Assembly: GCA_949292875.1 (NCBI GenBank)
Contig: CASFBJ010000020.1
Coordinates: 11,744-75,743 of the forward strand
Origin: an uncultured Christensenella sp.
Lineage (GTDB): Bacteria > Bacillota > Clostridia > Christensenellales > UBA1242
Reading direction: 5' to 3'
DNA: 64,000 bases
Part shown: in pieces, positions 53,348 to 64,000 of the stretch
Layout: each line of letters starts with the position of its first letter
Numbering within the stretch: position 1 is the first letter of the stretch
The notes under the pieces: model-generated
Databases searched by the model: none
Seen by the model: only the letters and a program-made list of their open reading frames with translations
Told to the model about the DNA's origin: nothing
Made by a program: the position numbers and the translations under genes

Positions 53348-55366
53348 TCAATTACTTAATGGAAGTGTAATAATAAAGGTTGTACCTACTTCATATCTTG
53401 ATTGAACTGAGATGTCTCCACCACATTCATCTACTACTAACTTTGTATAATACATACCAAGACCATCACTTGAAAATGCTGTAGAGTTTTTATGTTCTCT
53501 ATATGTAAAAAACTTATCAAAAACATGCTCTTGCACTTCTTGTGTCATGCCTTGTCCGTCATCTTGTATTTCAATTATCGCTTGTTTTGAATTAGATTTT
53601 AATGTTATAACAATATGACCGCCTTCGCTAGTAAAACTAAGTGCATTAAACAATATATTTTCTATTGCTCTTTCAAACTTATGAGGAGTAATAGTTGCAA
53701 ATAGCTTATTTTTATTTGAAATTTTTTGTTTAAAATGTATGCCTTCTGCTTCTGCTTCTGGTAAAAATTGCTCATATATGTTTTTCAAAAAAGCATTTAG
53801 TTCTACTTTTTCAAAATTATCTTTCATTAAATCTAGGTTATTAAAGTTTTGAACAATGGTTAGATTTTCAGTTAGATTGTTTATTTTATCATCCATTACT
53901 TCATAAATTTTTTCTCTTTCTTTCTGTGTCAACTCCTCAGATTGAAGTTTATTTATGAAAAGTTTTAGTGAAGAAATAGGGGACTTTAAGTCATGTGCAA
54001 CGCTAGAAACAAAATCTCTTCTTTCACTTATAAGATTTCTCATTTTATCTGTTCTTATTGCGACTTCCATAACTAGATTAGTATTTAATTTCTTGTTTTC
54101 GGTTTCTGTTTTAATAGTGTATTTTAAAGTTAAAATCAAGAAAAGTATAATGCTGATAAAAGTTCCTGTTTCATTAGGGTATAAGAAGTAGTAAGGGTCA
54201 TAATACGATGCTACAAATATGTCAAAAATTATTCCTGTTGAGTATATTATACTAGCAACTAAAATAATCATCATTTTATCTTCTCTGATGACATTTATAA
54301 CGGCTAAAATTAAAAGGTAAATAGCTGTTAAAAATCTTACTATTATTGAAAAGATTTGGAAGAAATTATTAATTTCTGGAGTAAGATTTAAAAAACTTAA
54401 GAAAACTATAGTTGTTATGCTTGCTATTATTAATATAGTATTTATAGCTTTTACTTGTACATTTTTTTTCATTAAATGTGTGCTTATAAGCAACATAAAT
54501 ATGCTTATAGCAACCATGCCTATATTTTCTAACGCATACATTAAGCCTATTACATGACTGCCCATCATATGGAAGATAGGGTAGAATATGTACATTGCAA
54601 AAGATAAACTTAATAAACTAGCCCATAAATATGTTTTATCTTTTTTAAATATATATGTAAAAAGGCAAGATAACCCAACTAATATTGCGACGGAAAAAAT
54701 TAGACTATATATTACATTAATTGTAGACATATAAGTTAGCATTGTAGGTACGCCAGAGATTATAGGTGGATAGTATATTCCTCCATAATAATGTGAAAAA
54801 TTTGCTACTTGAATGACTATGTCAGTGCTGTGTTTAAAAGTTATAGTTATGTTTTGATTTTGTATGTATGGACTATATTCTTCCTTGTTTTCACTTACTG
54901 TTCCCATTTCTTGTAAAAGAACTCCATCGGCAAATATTTTACAAGAACTTAAAACTTCAGGCAAATATAATTGTATAGATATGTACTCATCTTCAGTATA
55001 ACTATATATAGTTGCTCTATATGTTCCTACATTTTTGTGTACATCATTTGTATCAAAATTTGAATAATCTCCTATTGTAATAAGTTTCGGCTTATGTACA
55101 CTATCATCCATATCTTTAGGGTCTATTAAACCATCGTAATAATTCCAGTTTAGTACAGGAATTAAAGTATCTAAAGAATTTTTGGAAAGTAGTGTTAATT
55201 TATTATCTTGATAAAAAACTTGCCCATTGTCTTCTGATATGCTATACTTATTATCGGCAAGCATAGTTAAAAGAAATACGCATGTTGTAAGTATTATTAT
55301 AAGAAATATTAAAACTATATTTATTATAGTGTTTTGTTTACTTTTTTTAGATTTAGGAGATTTCAT
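53348..55366 (-). CDS. sensor histidine kinase with a 7TMR-DISM-like N-terminal sensor (no adjacent response regulator)
   Basis: 672 aa. The layout is an N-terminal TM, an extracytoplasmic domain of ~170 aa, about 7 TM helices, a coiled coil, the H-box SHDLKSPISS, and an HATPase domain with N and G boxes (NALSF, DDGQGM, GLGMYY). Confidence 0.85.
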   Translation of the reverse strand: MKSPKSKKSKQNTIINIVLIFLIIILTTCVFLLTMLADNKYSISEDNGQVFYQDNKLTLLSKNSLDTLIPVLNWNYYDGLIDPKDMDDSVHKPKLITIGDYSNFDTNDVHKNVGTYRATIYSYTEDEYISIQLYLPEVLSSCKIFADGVLLQEMGTVSENKEEYSPYIQNQNITITFKHSTDIVIQVANFSHYYGGIYYPPIISGVPTMLTYMSTINVIYSLIFSVAILVGLSCLFTYIFKKDKTYLWASLLSLSFAMYIFYPIFHMMGSHVIGLMYALENIGMVAISIFMLLISTHLMKKNVQVKAINTILIIASITTIVFLSFLNLTPEINNFFQIFSIIVRFLTAIYLLILAVINVIREDKMMIILVASIIYSTGIIFDIFVASYYDPYYFLYPNETGTFISIILFLILTLKYTIKTETENKKLNTNLVMEVAIRTDKMRNLISERRDFVSSVAHDLKSPISSLKLFINKLQSEELTQKEREKIYEVMDDKINNLTENLTIVQNFNNLDLMKDNFEKVELNAFLKNIYEQFLPEAEAEGIHFKQKISNKNKLFATITPHKFERAIENILFNALSFTSEGGHIVITLKSNSKQAIIEIQDDGQGMTQEVQEHVFDKFFTYREHKNSTAFSSDGLGMYYTKLVVDECGGDISVQSRYEVGTTFIITLPLSN

Positions 55367-55693
55367 ATGTTTAACCTTTTTAAAAAACCTATACTTTTAT
55401 TCTTGTCTATCAGTTTAGCATCTTTTATAGTTTTTTGCAACATTCTAACAGTTTCTTTGATAAACTGCCCTTTACTTACTTCTACAAGCGGTGAAAATAT
55501 TGCTCAGACTTTAGGAGATAGAGGAGGCTCACATATGCCAGATATAGGCATTCACTTAACATTGGAACCTTTATCTATAATAATCATTAGTGCGATTGCA
55601 TTTTTATCTATTGTTGCTATTTGTGTTTTAGTTCATATAAAGCATAAAAATAGTAAGGATAAAGACAATAATAGTGTCAATATAGAAGAATAG
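55367..55693 (+). CDS. hypothetical small membrane protein
   Basis: ATG at 55367 (RBS AGGAG at 55355-55359), about 108 aa with two hydrophobic helices. Its start codon directly abuts the divergent kinase start codon (55366). Confidence 0.4.
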   Translation: MFNLFKKPILLFLSISLASFIVFCNILTVSLINCPLLTSTSGENIAQTLGDRGGSHMPDIGIHLTLEPLSIIIISAIAFLSIVAICVLVHIKHKNSKDKDNNSVNIEE

Positions 55694-55727
55694 TAATTTT
55701 ATTTTAAATAGTTTAAAGTTAAAAAAA

Positions 55728-55758
55728 AACTTTTATGATTTCTCATAAAAGTTTTTTT
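55728..55758. terminator. bidirectional intrinsic terminator
   Basis: A-run, AACTTTTATGA, loop TTTC, TCATAAAAGTT, then a T-run. It lies between convergent genes. Confidence 0.7.
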
Positions 55759-55776
55759 TGATTATAACATTTTCAA

Positions 55777-56127
55777 CTAATTAGCACCATTATTTGCATC
55801 TTGAGCAAGACCAAATATAGTTGTTACATTTGCAGCTAATACATAAATTATAACAAGTAATACAACTACAACAGCTATACCAATTAAGAAATTCATTATT
55901 CTTTTCTTTGCTTCATCTCTCTTTTCAGGGCTTTCTGCTCTTGCCATATTTACACCTAAAATGATGGCATATATTGCACCTACTGCAAGCAAAACAATAA
56001 TGATAGGAATCATTGCAGTTTCAATAAAATCTAAAATAGGTCCTAAAAATTCATAACCTGTACCTTCTAAACCTTCACTAAAAGCAAGTACATTTCCTAA
56101 TCCAAAAATACTATTCAAAAAACTCAT
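55777..56127 (-). CDS. small two-TM protein with a VirB2/TrbC pilin-like layout
   Basis: ATG at 56127 (RBS GGAGGAAA on the minus strand at 56131-56138), 116 aa. The layout is TM1 IPIIIVLLAVGAIYAIILGV, a charged loop ARAESPEKRDEAKKR, then TM2 FLIGIAVVVVLLVIIYVL. The longer ORF-track version lacks an RBS. Confidence 0.45.
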   Translation of the reverse strand: MSFLNSIFGLGNVLAFSEGLEGTGYEFLGPILDFIETAMIPIIIVLLAVGAIYAIILGVNMARAESPEKRDEAKKRIMNFLIGIAVVVVLLVIIYVLAANVTTIFGLAQDANNGAN

Positions 56128-56370
56128 ATATTTCCTCCAGATAGAAACTAAAATAAGCTTTATATCGCTTAAATATATCAAAATATAACACAATATATTT
56201 TGTCTTGCAACTTTTTATTAAAGATTTTAAAAAAATCTATATTTTTATTTTGTGCATTAAAATTTTATATATTCTATAAATAATAAAAAATAGAGAAAAC
56301 GATTAATTTTTGAACTTTAATACTTTAAAAGCATTAATTTTTTAAAAAATAAAGAAGCAAATTTGCTTCT

Positions 56371-57580
<1,210 letters not shown>

Positions 57581-57708
57581 TAAAAATAAACCCTTAACAA
57601 TATCATACTATTGCAAAAAAGCGTAAAATGTTACAAAAAGGGAGTAAAAAAAGCATTTATTTTTTTGCTATATTTTATTATTTCCGTTTAACTAATATAG
57701 GAGATAAT

Positions 57709-58746
57709 ATGAAAAATAGTATAATTGTTACAGGTGGTGGTACGGCAGGGCACATTATGCCTATTATAGCTATGTTGCCAGAACTGAGAAAAGAATTTTC
57801 AAGCATAGTATATGTAGGTAGTAAAAATGGTATGGAAAAGCAACTTATTAGTAACTATTCTTATGTAAAATATTGTCCAATAACTACTGTTAAGTTTGAT
57901 AGGGTAAAATTATGGAAAAATATTGCTATACCATTTTTGCTTTTTAAGGGAATGATTGAATGTAAAAAAATACTAAAAAAATATAAACCAAATTGTATAT
58001 TTTCTAAGGGCGGATATGTCTCATTACCTGTAGTTTTAGCATCAAAAAAAGTTCCAATAATTGCCCATGAAAGTGATACTACTTTAGGGCTTGCGAATAA
58101 AATAATTTATAGGAAATGCAAAGTTATGTGTACAAATTTTGAGCAGACAGCAAAAACTTTGAAAAAAGGCATTTGTACAGGTATACCTATAAGAAATTTT
58201 GCAGATAAGTCACAAAAAAATATTTATAATCTATATCCTAATCTTCCTACTATTCTTATCATTGGAGGAAGTTTAGGTTCTAAAACTATAAATGAAACTG
58301 TTCAAACAATAGTAGAGAAGTTGTGTAAAAGTGTTAATGTTATACACATAGTGGGCAAAAATAACAAAGTAGACAAGCATTTTCCTTATAACTATAATCA
58401 ATACGAATATGTTGAAGATATGGGCTATATATTTTCTATAGTTTCTATAGCTGTATCTCGTGCAGGTGCAAATACTATAGCAGAGTTATTATCTGAAAAT
58501 ATACCTATGTTGCTTATACCGCTTTCTAAGCAAGCATCTAGAGGAGACCAAATAGAGAATGCAAAATATTATAAGCAAAAAGGCTTTGCTCATGTTTTAT
58601 ATAGTGAACATCTTACTCCTCAAAATCTTTATAACGAAATTATGTTTCTTATTCAAGAAAAGGATAAAATAAAAATAATGCAACATGTAGAGCAAGTGGA
58701 CTCAACAGGTAAAGTATTAGAACAAATAATGAAGTACTCTAAATAG
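57709..58746 (+). CDS. murG: undecaprenyldiphospho-muramoylpentapeptide beta-N-acetylglucosaminyltransferase
   Basis: ATG at 57709 (RBS TAGGAG). MKNSIIVTGGGTAGHIMP is the MurG N-terminal signature. About 345 aa. Confidence 0.9.
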   Translation: MKNSIIVTGGGTAGHIMPIIAMLPELRKEFSSIVYVGSKNGMEKQLISNYSYVKYCPITTVKFDRVKLWKNIAIPFLLFKGMIECKKILKKYKPNCIFSKGGYVSLPVVLASKKVPIIAHESDTTLGLANKIIYRKCKVMCTNFEQTAKTLKKGICTGIPIRNFADKSQKNIYNLYPNLPTILIIGGSLGSKTINETVQTIVEKLCKSVNVIHIVGKNNKVDKHFPYNYNQYEYVEDMGYIFSIVSIAVSRAGANTIAELLSENIPMLLIPLSKQASRGDQIENAKYYKQKGFAHVLYSEHLTPQNLYNEIMFLIQEKDKIKIMQHVEQVDSTGKVLEQIMKYSK

Positions 58747-58758
58747 AGTACTTTTTTT
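58732..58758 (+). terminator. intrinsic terminator overlapping the murG stop codon
   Basis: AAGTACTCT, loop AAAT, AGAGTACTT (58732-58753), then TTTTTTT. Confidence 0.65.
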
Positions 58759-58818
58759 GTATTTTTGTTGTAGAATTTTGAGTAGTGTGTTATATTAAAG
58801 AAAATTATAGGAGAAAAT

Positions 58819-61800
58819 ATGCGCGCAAAAATTATACACAATCCTTGTTTGTATACGGCTACAGAGGGTGTACTTGAGGAAGTGAAAAAAAATATAAATA
58901 GTTATAATAAACACATCATAATAACGCCTGAAAGATATACTTTAATTACTGAAAAAATGTTATTAAAAGTACTTAATAAAAAATGTACTTTTAATTGCGA
59001 AGTTATATCTATAAATAGACTTTGTAACAGAGTTTTTGGTATAGGTGAAGTTTTAGATATGCAAGGCGGAACGCTTTTAATTCAAAAACTCTTGCAAGGC
59101 AGTAAAAAGGAATTAAAATTTTTTAAGTCCATGCATACAAAATTAGGATTTGCAGAAAATCTATATCAAACAATTATGCAATTTAAGTCTAGCGGGATAA
59201 AGCCTGAAGATGTAGCAGAAATACAAGAAAAAGGTCTTTTGAAAGATAAACTTTGCGATATACAGTTATTGTATAAAAAATATGAAAATTATATTGAATT
59301 AGGCTACACAGATGGTATATACAAAATGGAGCAGTTAAGACAGCAAATAAAAACTAATTCATTTTTTAATAGTACTGCTTTTTACTTCGTTTTTTTTGAG
59401 TCTTTTACTTATCAAGAACTTAAACTAGTCAGTGATTTAATAGAAAATAATAATTTTTGCGTCGTTGGTTGTAGATACGCAAAAGGATACTCTAACGATC
59501 ATATTTTTACGAACTCCATATATAATCAAATGCAATCAATATTTTTTGAAAAGGGAATAGAAGATGAAGAGGAATATGATTTTGTTTTACCTACAATTTT
59601 TGAAAGCATAAAGAAAAAACTTTTTTCATATTCAAAAAACTATGAGAAGTTAACAACTAATAATTTAAGAATATTTTCTGCACAAGATGAAACACAAGAA
59701 GTTAAACATCTCTTAAAGAATATATATTATTTAATTCATAAATTAGGTTATAGATACAAAGACATAAATGTTGCAGTTTCAAACTTAGAAAAGTACAAGC
59801 CTATTATAGAAAGAGAATTAGCAAACTTTGATTTTAGTTTTTATTTTGATTATAGTACAAATTTGTTACAAACTCAATTAGGCGCATTTATTTCTAGTTG
59901 TCTAGAAGCATACTATTATGATTTTATGCCAAATGATTTATATTCATTATTAAATAATTATTATTTTGGATTAACAGAAACTGAAAAAGATTATGTTAGC
60001 ATTTTATTGACCAAATATCCTTATCAAGGTATAAAATGGTTAGCAAATACAAATATTTTCAATAAAGATGAAGAATTACAATCTTTTAGTGAAGTATATG
60101 AGATAAAACATGATGAATTTGTACAAAAAGTATATAAAGATTTAAACTATATAGTTAGTGCTTTATCAAAATGTAATAATGCAATAGATTTTGTATATAG
60201 TTTAAAAGAATTATTCGTATATTTTAATGTAGAAGAAAAAACAACACAATTAATTGATTTAAGAAAAGATGATATTCAAGAACAAAAAATTATTAGCCAA
60301 ATAATACCTAAAATAAATAAAATATTTGAACAAATAATTACACTAGATATAGATACAGATTATAATGCTCTAAGTTTTGCTAAACTAATTCAAACTGGTT
60401 TAAATGCAACTAAAATTAACCCAATACCATTAAGTGTAGATAGCATTTACTTTGGAGATGTAAATGTTTCAACATTTGAAAGAAAAAAAGTTTTGATAAT
60501 ATTAGGTGCAAATTATGGACTTATGCCAAGCATAAAAGATGATGTAGGCCTTATTGCAGATAGGGAGATAGAAAAACTTTCAAGTAGATATATGTTAGAA
60601 CCTAAAGTAAGCGATATAAATATGAGAAGTAGACTAAAAGCCTATGAATTGTGTATATTACCTACAGAAATGCTGTATATATATTATCCACAAAGTAATG
60701 ATAATGGTGATACACTTAAACCAAGTAGCATAGTAACAAGTTTGCAAAAAATATTTTATCTAAACGATAATGTTGCACTATGTCCACAAGAATGTGAATT
60801 GGCTTTAATAAATTTGGAGATGCAAGACAAAGAACAAATGTTACTTTGGGCAGGAAATACAAAATCTGCTATACTACAAGTCATGTCTCATTTATATCAA
60901 GCAAAAGATATTAAAGTTTCATCATTATATGAATCTTTGAAAAATGATACAAAATTAAAAGATTTAATAAGCTTAAGTAAAACAACTTTTCAAAAACCTA
61001 GTATAACTAATCTTTCAGATTACTGTTTTAATGAATTAGATGATAAGAAAAAAACTAGTTATACACAAATATCCGAATATTTGTCTTGTCCTTATATGCA
61101 TTTTTTAAAAAGAGCAATAAAACTTTCAAGCATTAAGCCTGTGTCAATTAATCAGTTAGATGTAGGAGAGATTTTGCACTATTTTGCTCAACTTTTTATA
61201 GAAAAAGTAAAAGAAAAAGGTACTTATTTTTCTAATATGGAATTAAACGATATAAAGGAAAATGTAAAAAATGTAGTTGTATCAAAATATGAAACTAAAT
61301 TTAGTGCAGAATTAAATGATATCATATCTAAAGCACTTCTTAAAGAAGGCGATAGATTAATGAATTTATTAAATGAAAATCTTAAATATACACATTTTGC
61401 ACCATATAAATGTGAACAAAGTTTTAGTGATTTTGAGATAGATACTGCAAACAACAAATATATGTTAGTAGGTAAGATAGATAGAATAGATAAGCACGAC
61501 AATAATTTTCTTGTTTTAGATTACAAGACAGGCGATGCTAAAATAGATGCAAAGGATATATACTATGGAAACAAACTTCAACTATTTGTATATGAAAACG
61601 CTTTGAAAAATAAATATAAAAATAATGAAGTTGTTGGTGTAGGATATTTTCCTATAAAAGACAAATATAGAAATGTAGAAAAAGAAGATAAAACAGACTT
61701 CAAGATTGATGGCTATTTTATTGGCAAAGAAAGTGTAATTTGCAATTTAGATACAAATTTACTTGAAGTAGAAAATGCAAAAGACAAAAAAATTTCACAG

Positions 61801-62121
61801 ATATACAATTTTTATAAAGAAATAAAAAGTGATGGCAGTATAAACTACGGAACAAAAGCTTTAATAAAAGAAGATTTTGACACGCTTAGTTTGTACGCAA
61901 AAGAGGTTATAAAACAAGTTTTATGTGAGATAGAGCAAGGGTACATAGAAGCAAAGCCTAAAAGTGAAGGTCAAAGAAGTGCTTGCGATTATTGTGAGTT
62001 CGCTAGCATATGTAACAAAGAGTTTAATACTTTTTTTAGAGAGTATAGTTCAAAAAATATAGAAAAAATTAAGGAGGCACTAAGTGGCATTTCCAACGAA
62101 GAAACAACAAGAAATACTTGA
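58819..62121 (+). CDS. addB: helicase-exonuclease AddAB subunit AddB (RexB-like; N-terminal P-loop absent)
   Basis: 1100 aa. The C-terminal PD-(D/E)xK nuclease has an Fe-S cysteine cluster (C...CDYCEFASIC). No GxxxxGK[ST] motif occurs at the N-terminus. It ends at TGA and overlaps addA by 38 nt. Confidence 0.85.
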   Translation: MRAKIIHNPCLYTATEGVLEEVKKNINSYNKHIIITPERYTLITEKMLLKVLNKKCTFNCEVISINRLCNRVFGIGEVLDMQGGTLLIQKLLQGSKKELKFFKSMHTKLGFAENLYQTIMQFKSSGIKPEDVAEIQEKGLLKDKLCDIQLLYKKYENYIELGYTDGIYKMEQLRQQIKTNSFFNSTAFYFVFFESFTYQELKLVSDLIENNNFCVVGCRYAKGYSNDHIFTNSIYNQMQSIFFEKGIEDEEEYDFVLPTIFESIKKKLFSYSKNYEKLTTNNLRIFSAQDETQEVKHLLKNIYYLIHKLGYRYKDINVAVSNLEKYKPIIERELANFDFSFYFDYSTNLLQTQLGAFISSCLEAYYYDFMPNDLYSLLNNYYFGLTETEKDYVSILLTKYPYQGIKWLANTNIFNKDEELQSFSEVYEIKHDEFVQKVYKDLNYIVSALSKCNNAIDFVYSLKELFVYFNVEEKTTQLIDLRKDDIQEQKIISQIIPKINKIFEQIITLDIDTDYNALSFAKLIQTGLNATKINPIPLSVDSIYFGDVNVSTFERKKVLIILGANYGLMPSIKDDVGLIADREIEKLSSRYMLEPKVSDINMRSRLKAYELCILPTEMLYIYYPQSNDNGDTLKPSSIVTSLQKIFYLNDNVALCPQECELALINLEMQDKEQMLLWAGNTKSAILQVMSHLYQAKDIKVSSLYESLKNDTKLKDLISLSKTTFQKPSITNLSDYCFNELDDKKKTSYTQISEYLSCPYMHFLKRAIKLSSIKPVSINQLDVGEILHYFAQLFIEKVKEKGTYFSNMELNDIKENVKNVVVSKYETKFSAELNDIISKALLKEGDRLMNLLNENLKYTHFAPYKCEQSFSDFEIDTANNKYMLVGKIDRIDKHDNNFLVLDYKTGDAKIDAKDIYYGNKLQLFVYENALKNKYKNNEVVGVGYFPIKDKYRNVEKEDKTDFKIDGYFIGKESVICNLDTNLLEVENAKDKKISQIYNFYKEIKSDGSINYGTKALIKEDFDTLSLYAKEVIKQVLCEIEQGYIEAKPKSEGQRSACDYCEFASICNKEFNTFFREYSSKNIEKIKEALSGISNEETTRNT

Positions 62122-64000
62122 TATTTTAGATAAAAATATTGTTGTATCCGCTTCTGCAGGTAGTGGAAAGACTTCCATTATGATTGAAAGAATTGCAAAC
62201 TTTATTTCAAATTTTCAAGTTCCTATAAAAGAAATGCTAGTAGTAACTTTTACAAACTCTGCTGCAGCGGAAATGAAAGAAAGGTTAGTAAATAAGTTAG
62301 CGCAAAAGATAGAAGAAGAAAAAGATTATAGTAAAAAAGCTTTTCTTATCTCTCAAGCAGAAGATATAGATAGTGCAAATATATGTACTATAGACAAATT
62401 TTGTATAAGTATATTGCAAAAATATTATTATCTATTAGGATTAGACGGCAACTTTAATATTATTGAAGATATTGAGAATGAGAAACTTAAAAATAGAGCT
62501 TTTGATAATGCAATTAAAAAATTAAGAAAAGAAAAGCCTATTTTAATAGATGAGTTATGTGATGCTTTTTTGGAGCATAGGCAAACAACAAAATTGAAAG
62601 AATTAGCAGATAAGATACTATTTTATTTAAGTGTGCAAGAAGATAGAGTAGAATATTTGCAAAAAACATTATATTGCTTATATACATTACCTATAGAAAA
62701 CAATAGTATATATGCAAATGCTATTACAAAGGTGGCGGATGTAGTAGAGAATAATTCATACACTTTTGAAAGATATATAGATTTAAACATAGAGCATGAA
62801 AAGACCGCAAATTTACTTCAACTTTATAAAAAGTTTTTTAATGATTTTAAAAATGCAAAACTTAATGAAAAACATGCAATAATTAGTTCATTTGCAGTTA
62901 TAAAATTAGGCAATAAAAAAGCAGAAAATCCTGATGAGATAAAGCAAAGTATATATGAAATTGAAACTGCTTTAAATGAATATAAAGATATATTTAATCC
63001 TCAGTTTACATTGAAAGAGTTAGAAGAGCAACTTAAAAATAGCAAAATTTTGATTGAAAAATTGATGCAGTTTGTATCTTTGTATGAAAAAAATTTGTTA
63101 GATTATAAGAAAGAGAATAATTCATTTACTTTTGCAGATATTGAATATTTTGCATATGAAATACTTAAAAAAGATGAAGTAAAAAATACTTTGACAGATG
63201 AAATAAGTCTAATATTTGTAGATGAGTATCAAGATGTAAATAAATTGCAAGAACATTTGATAAGTCAAATTGCAAAAAAGAATAATTTATTTTTAGTTGG
63301 AGATATAAAACAATCTATATATGGTTTTAGATTAAGCGACCCTAGATTTTTTGAACAAAAACTTATTGAATATGCTTCAAAAGAAAATATATATAGTGAA
63401 CAAAAAAATTTGAATGAAAATTTTAGAAGTGATAAAGATATTTTAGATTTTGTCAATCTCATATTTAAAAAATGTATGACCGCAGAAAAAAGTGGAGTAG
63501 ATTATGCAAATACTAGTTTGTTAGTAGGTAGTACTAAGTTTGAAAATAATTATCATTATCCAAAGATTTGTGTAGATATAGGACAAGAGAGTGAAGAAGA
63601 TGACAATACGCTTACTGAAGTGTATAGCGTAAAAAATCACGATACTAGTAAAAAGCAAAAGAAAAATATAGAACTAGAAGCGGAAATAATTGTTCAAAAT
63701 GTACTTAATTATGCAAAAACTAAAATTCAAAATAAAGATGGAGTATACGAGCAGGTAGAATTTAAAGACATAGCAATACTTTTCAGGAGTAAAAAAGCAC
63801 TATATAGAAGAGTAGGAGAACTGCTTAAAGAAAACAATATACCAGTTAATATGTCTTTCAAAGATGATATATATAATAGCGTTGAAACAAGGTTTTTATG
63901 TAATTTTTTGTTTGTTATTCAAAACTTGTATGACGATATTGCTTTTGCGAGCATTTTATCTTTTCCTTGTATGCAGATAAGTGATATAGATTTGCTAAAA
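62084..64000 (+). CDS. addA: helicase-exonuclease AddAB subunit AddA (5' part; continues past the right edge)
   Basis: GTG at 62084 follows AAGGAGG (62071-62077). The translation starts MAFPTKKQQEILDILDKNIVVSASAGSGKTS (UvrD-type Walker A) and includes VDEYQDVN (Walker B). The frame is open to the window end. Confidence 0.88.
   Translation, partial: MAFPTKKQQEILDILDKNIVVSASAGSGKTSIMIERIANFISNFQVPIKEMLVVTFTNSAAAEMKERLVNKLAQKIEEEKDYSKKAFLISQAEDIDSANICTIDKFCISILQKYYYLLGLDGNFNIIEDIENEKLKNRAFDNAIKKLRKEKPILIDELCDAFLEHRQTTKLKELADKILFYLSVQEDRVEYLQKTLYCLYTLPIENNSIYANAITKVADVVENNSYTFERYIDLNIEHEKTANLLQLYKKFFNDFKNAKLNEKHAIISSFAVIKLGNKKAENPDEIKQSIYEIETALNEYKDIFNPQFTLKELEEQLKNSKILIEKLMQFVSLYEKNLLDYKKENNSFTFADIEYFAYEILKKDEVKNTLTDEISLIFVDEYQDVNKLQEHLISQIAKKNNLFLVGDIKQSIYGFRLSDPRFFEQKLIEYASKENIYSEQKNLNENFRSDKDILDFVNLIFKKCMTAEKSGVDYANTSLLVGSTKFENNYHYPKICVDIGQESEEDDNTLTEVYSVKNHDTSKKQKKNIELEAEIIVQNVLNYAKTKIQNKDGVYEQVEFKDIAILFRSKKALYRRVGELLKENNIPVNMSFKDDIYNSVETRFLCNFLFVIQNLYDDIAFASILSFPCMQISDIDLLK

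Overview
This is a strongly AT-rich chromosomal segment that looks like Firmicutes, with spore-former signals. It reads with the standard bacterial code: TGA is a stop (for example at addB) and Trp is TGG. I count about 60 protein genes, one tmRNA and two tRNAs. I saw no rRNA, CRISPR array, IS element, transposase or integrase.

The backbone is housekeeping: recD2 (partial), serS, holA, galU, rnr, smpB-ssrA-tRNA-Ser, murC, rplS, a DUF4363/DUF421/SpoVB-like trio, rpoZ, rpmG-secE-nusG-rplK-rplA, murG and addB-addA (partial).

Accessory or unusual content:
1. An island of about 8 kb of repeat and membrane proteins lies directly downstream of ssrA/tRNA-Ser. It contains a decayed paralogue fragment and ends in a solitary, intact phage terminase large subunit (TerL).
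2. An 8.2 kb phage-like head plus tail-hub module encodes a TerS-like protein, portal, scaffold, capsid, four further ORFs and a BhlA/UviB holin-like peptide. It lacks a TerL in the canonical slot. It also has no integrase, replication, lysogeny, fibre or endolysin genes. It is wedged between core genes about 18 kb from the solo TerL. I consider this split locus the most interesting candidate: a domesticated, GTA-like or satellite-like packaging system versus two prophage relics.
3. A full-length Rho paralogue with degenerate Walker A and B motifs sits immediately upstream of rpoZ and the nusG operon.
4. A 1940-aa surface protein has Flg_new-type repeats and GLUG-type repeats.
5. A collagen-like BclA-type protein sits beside a small two-TM pilin-like protein.

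All functional calls rest on motifs I recognised by eye in the supplied translations. No database search was run.
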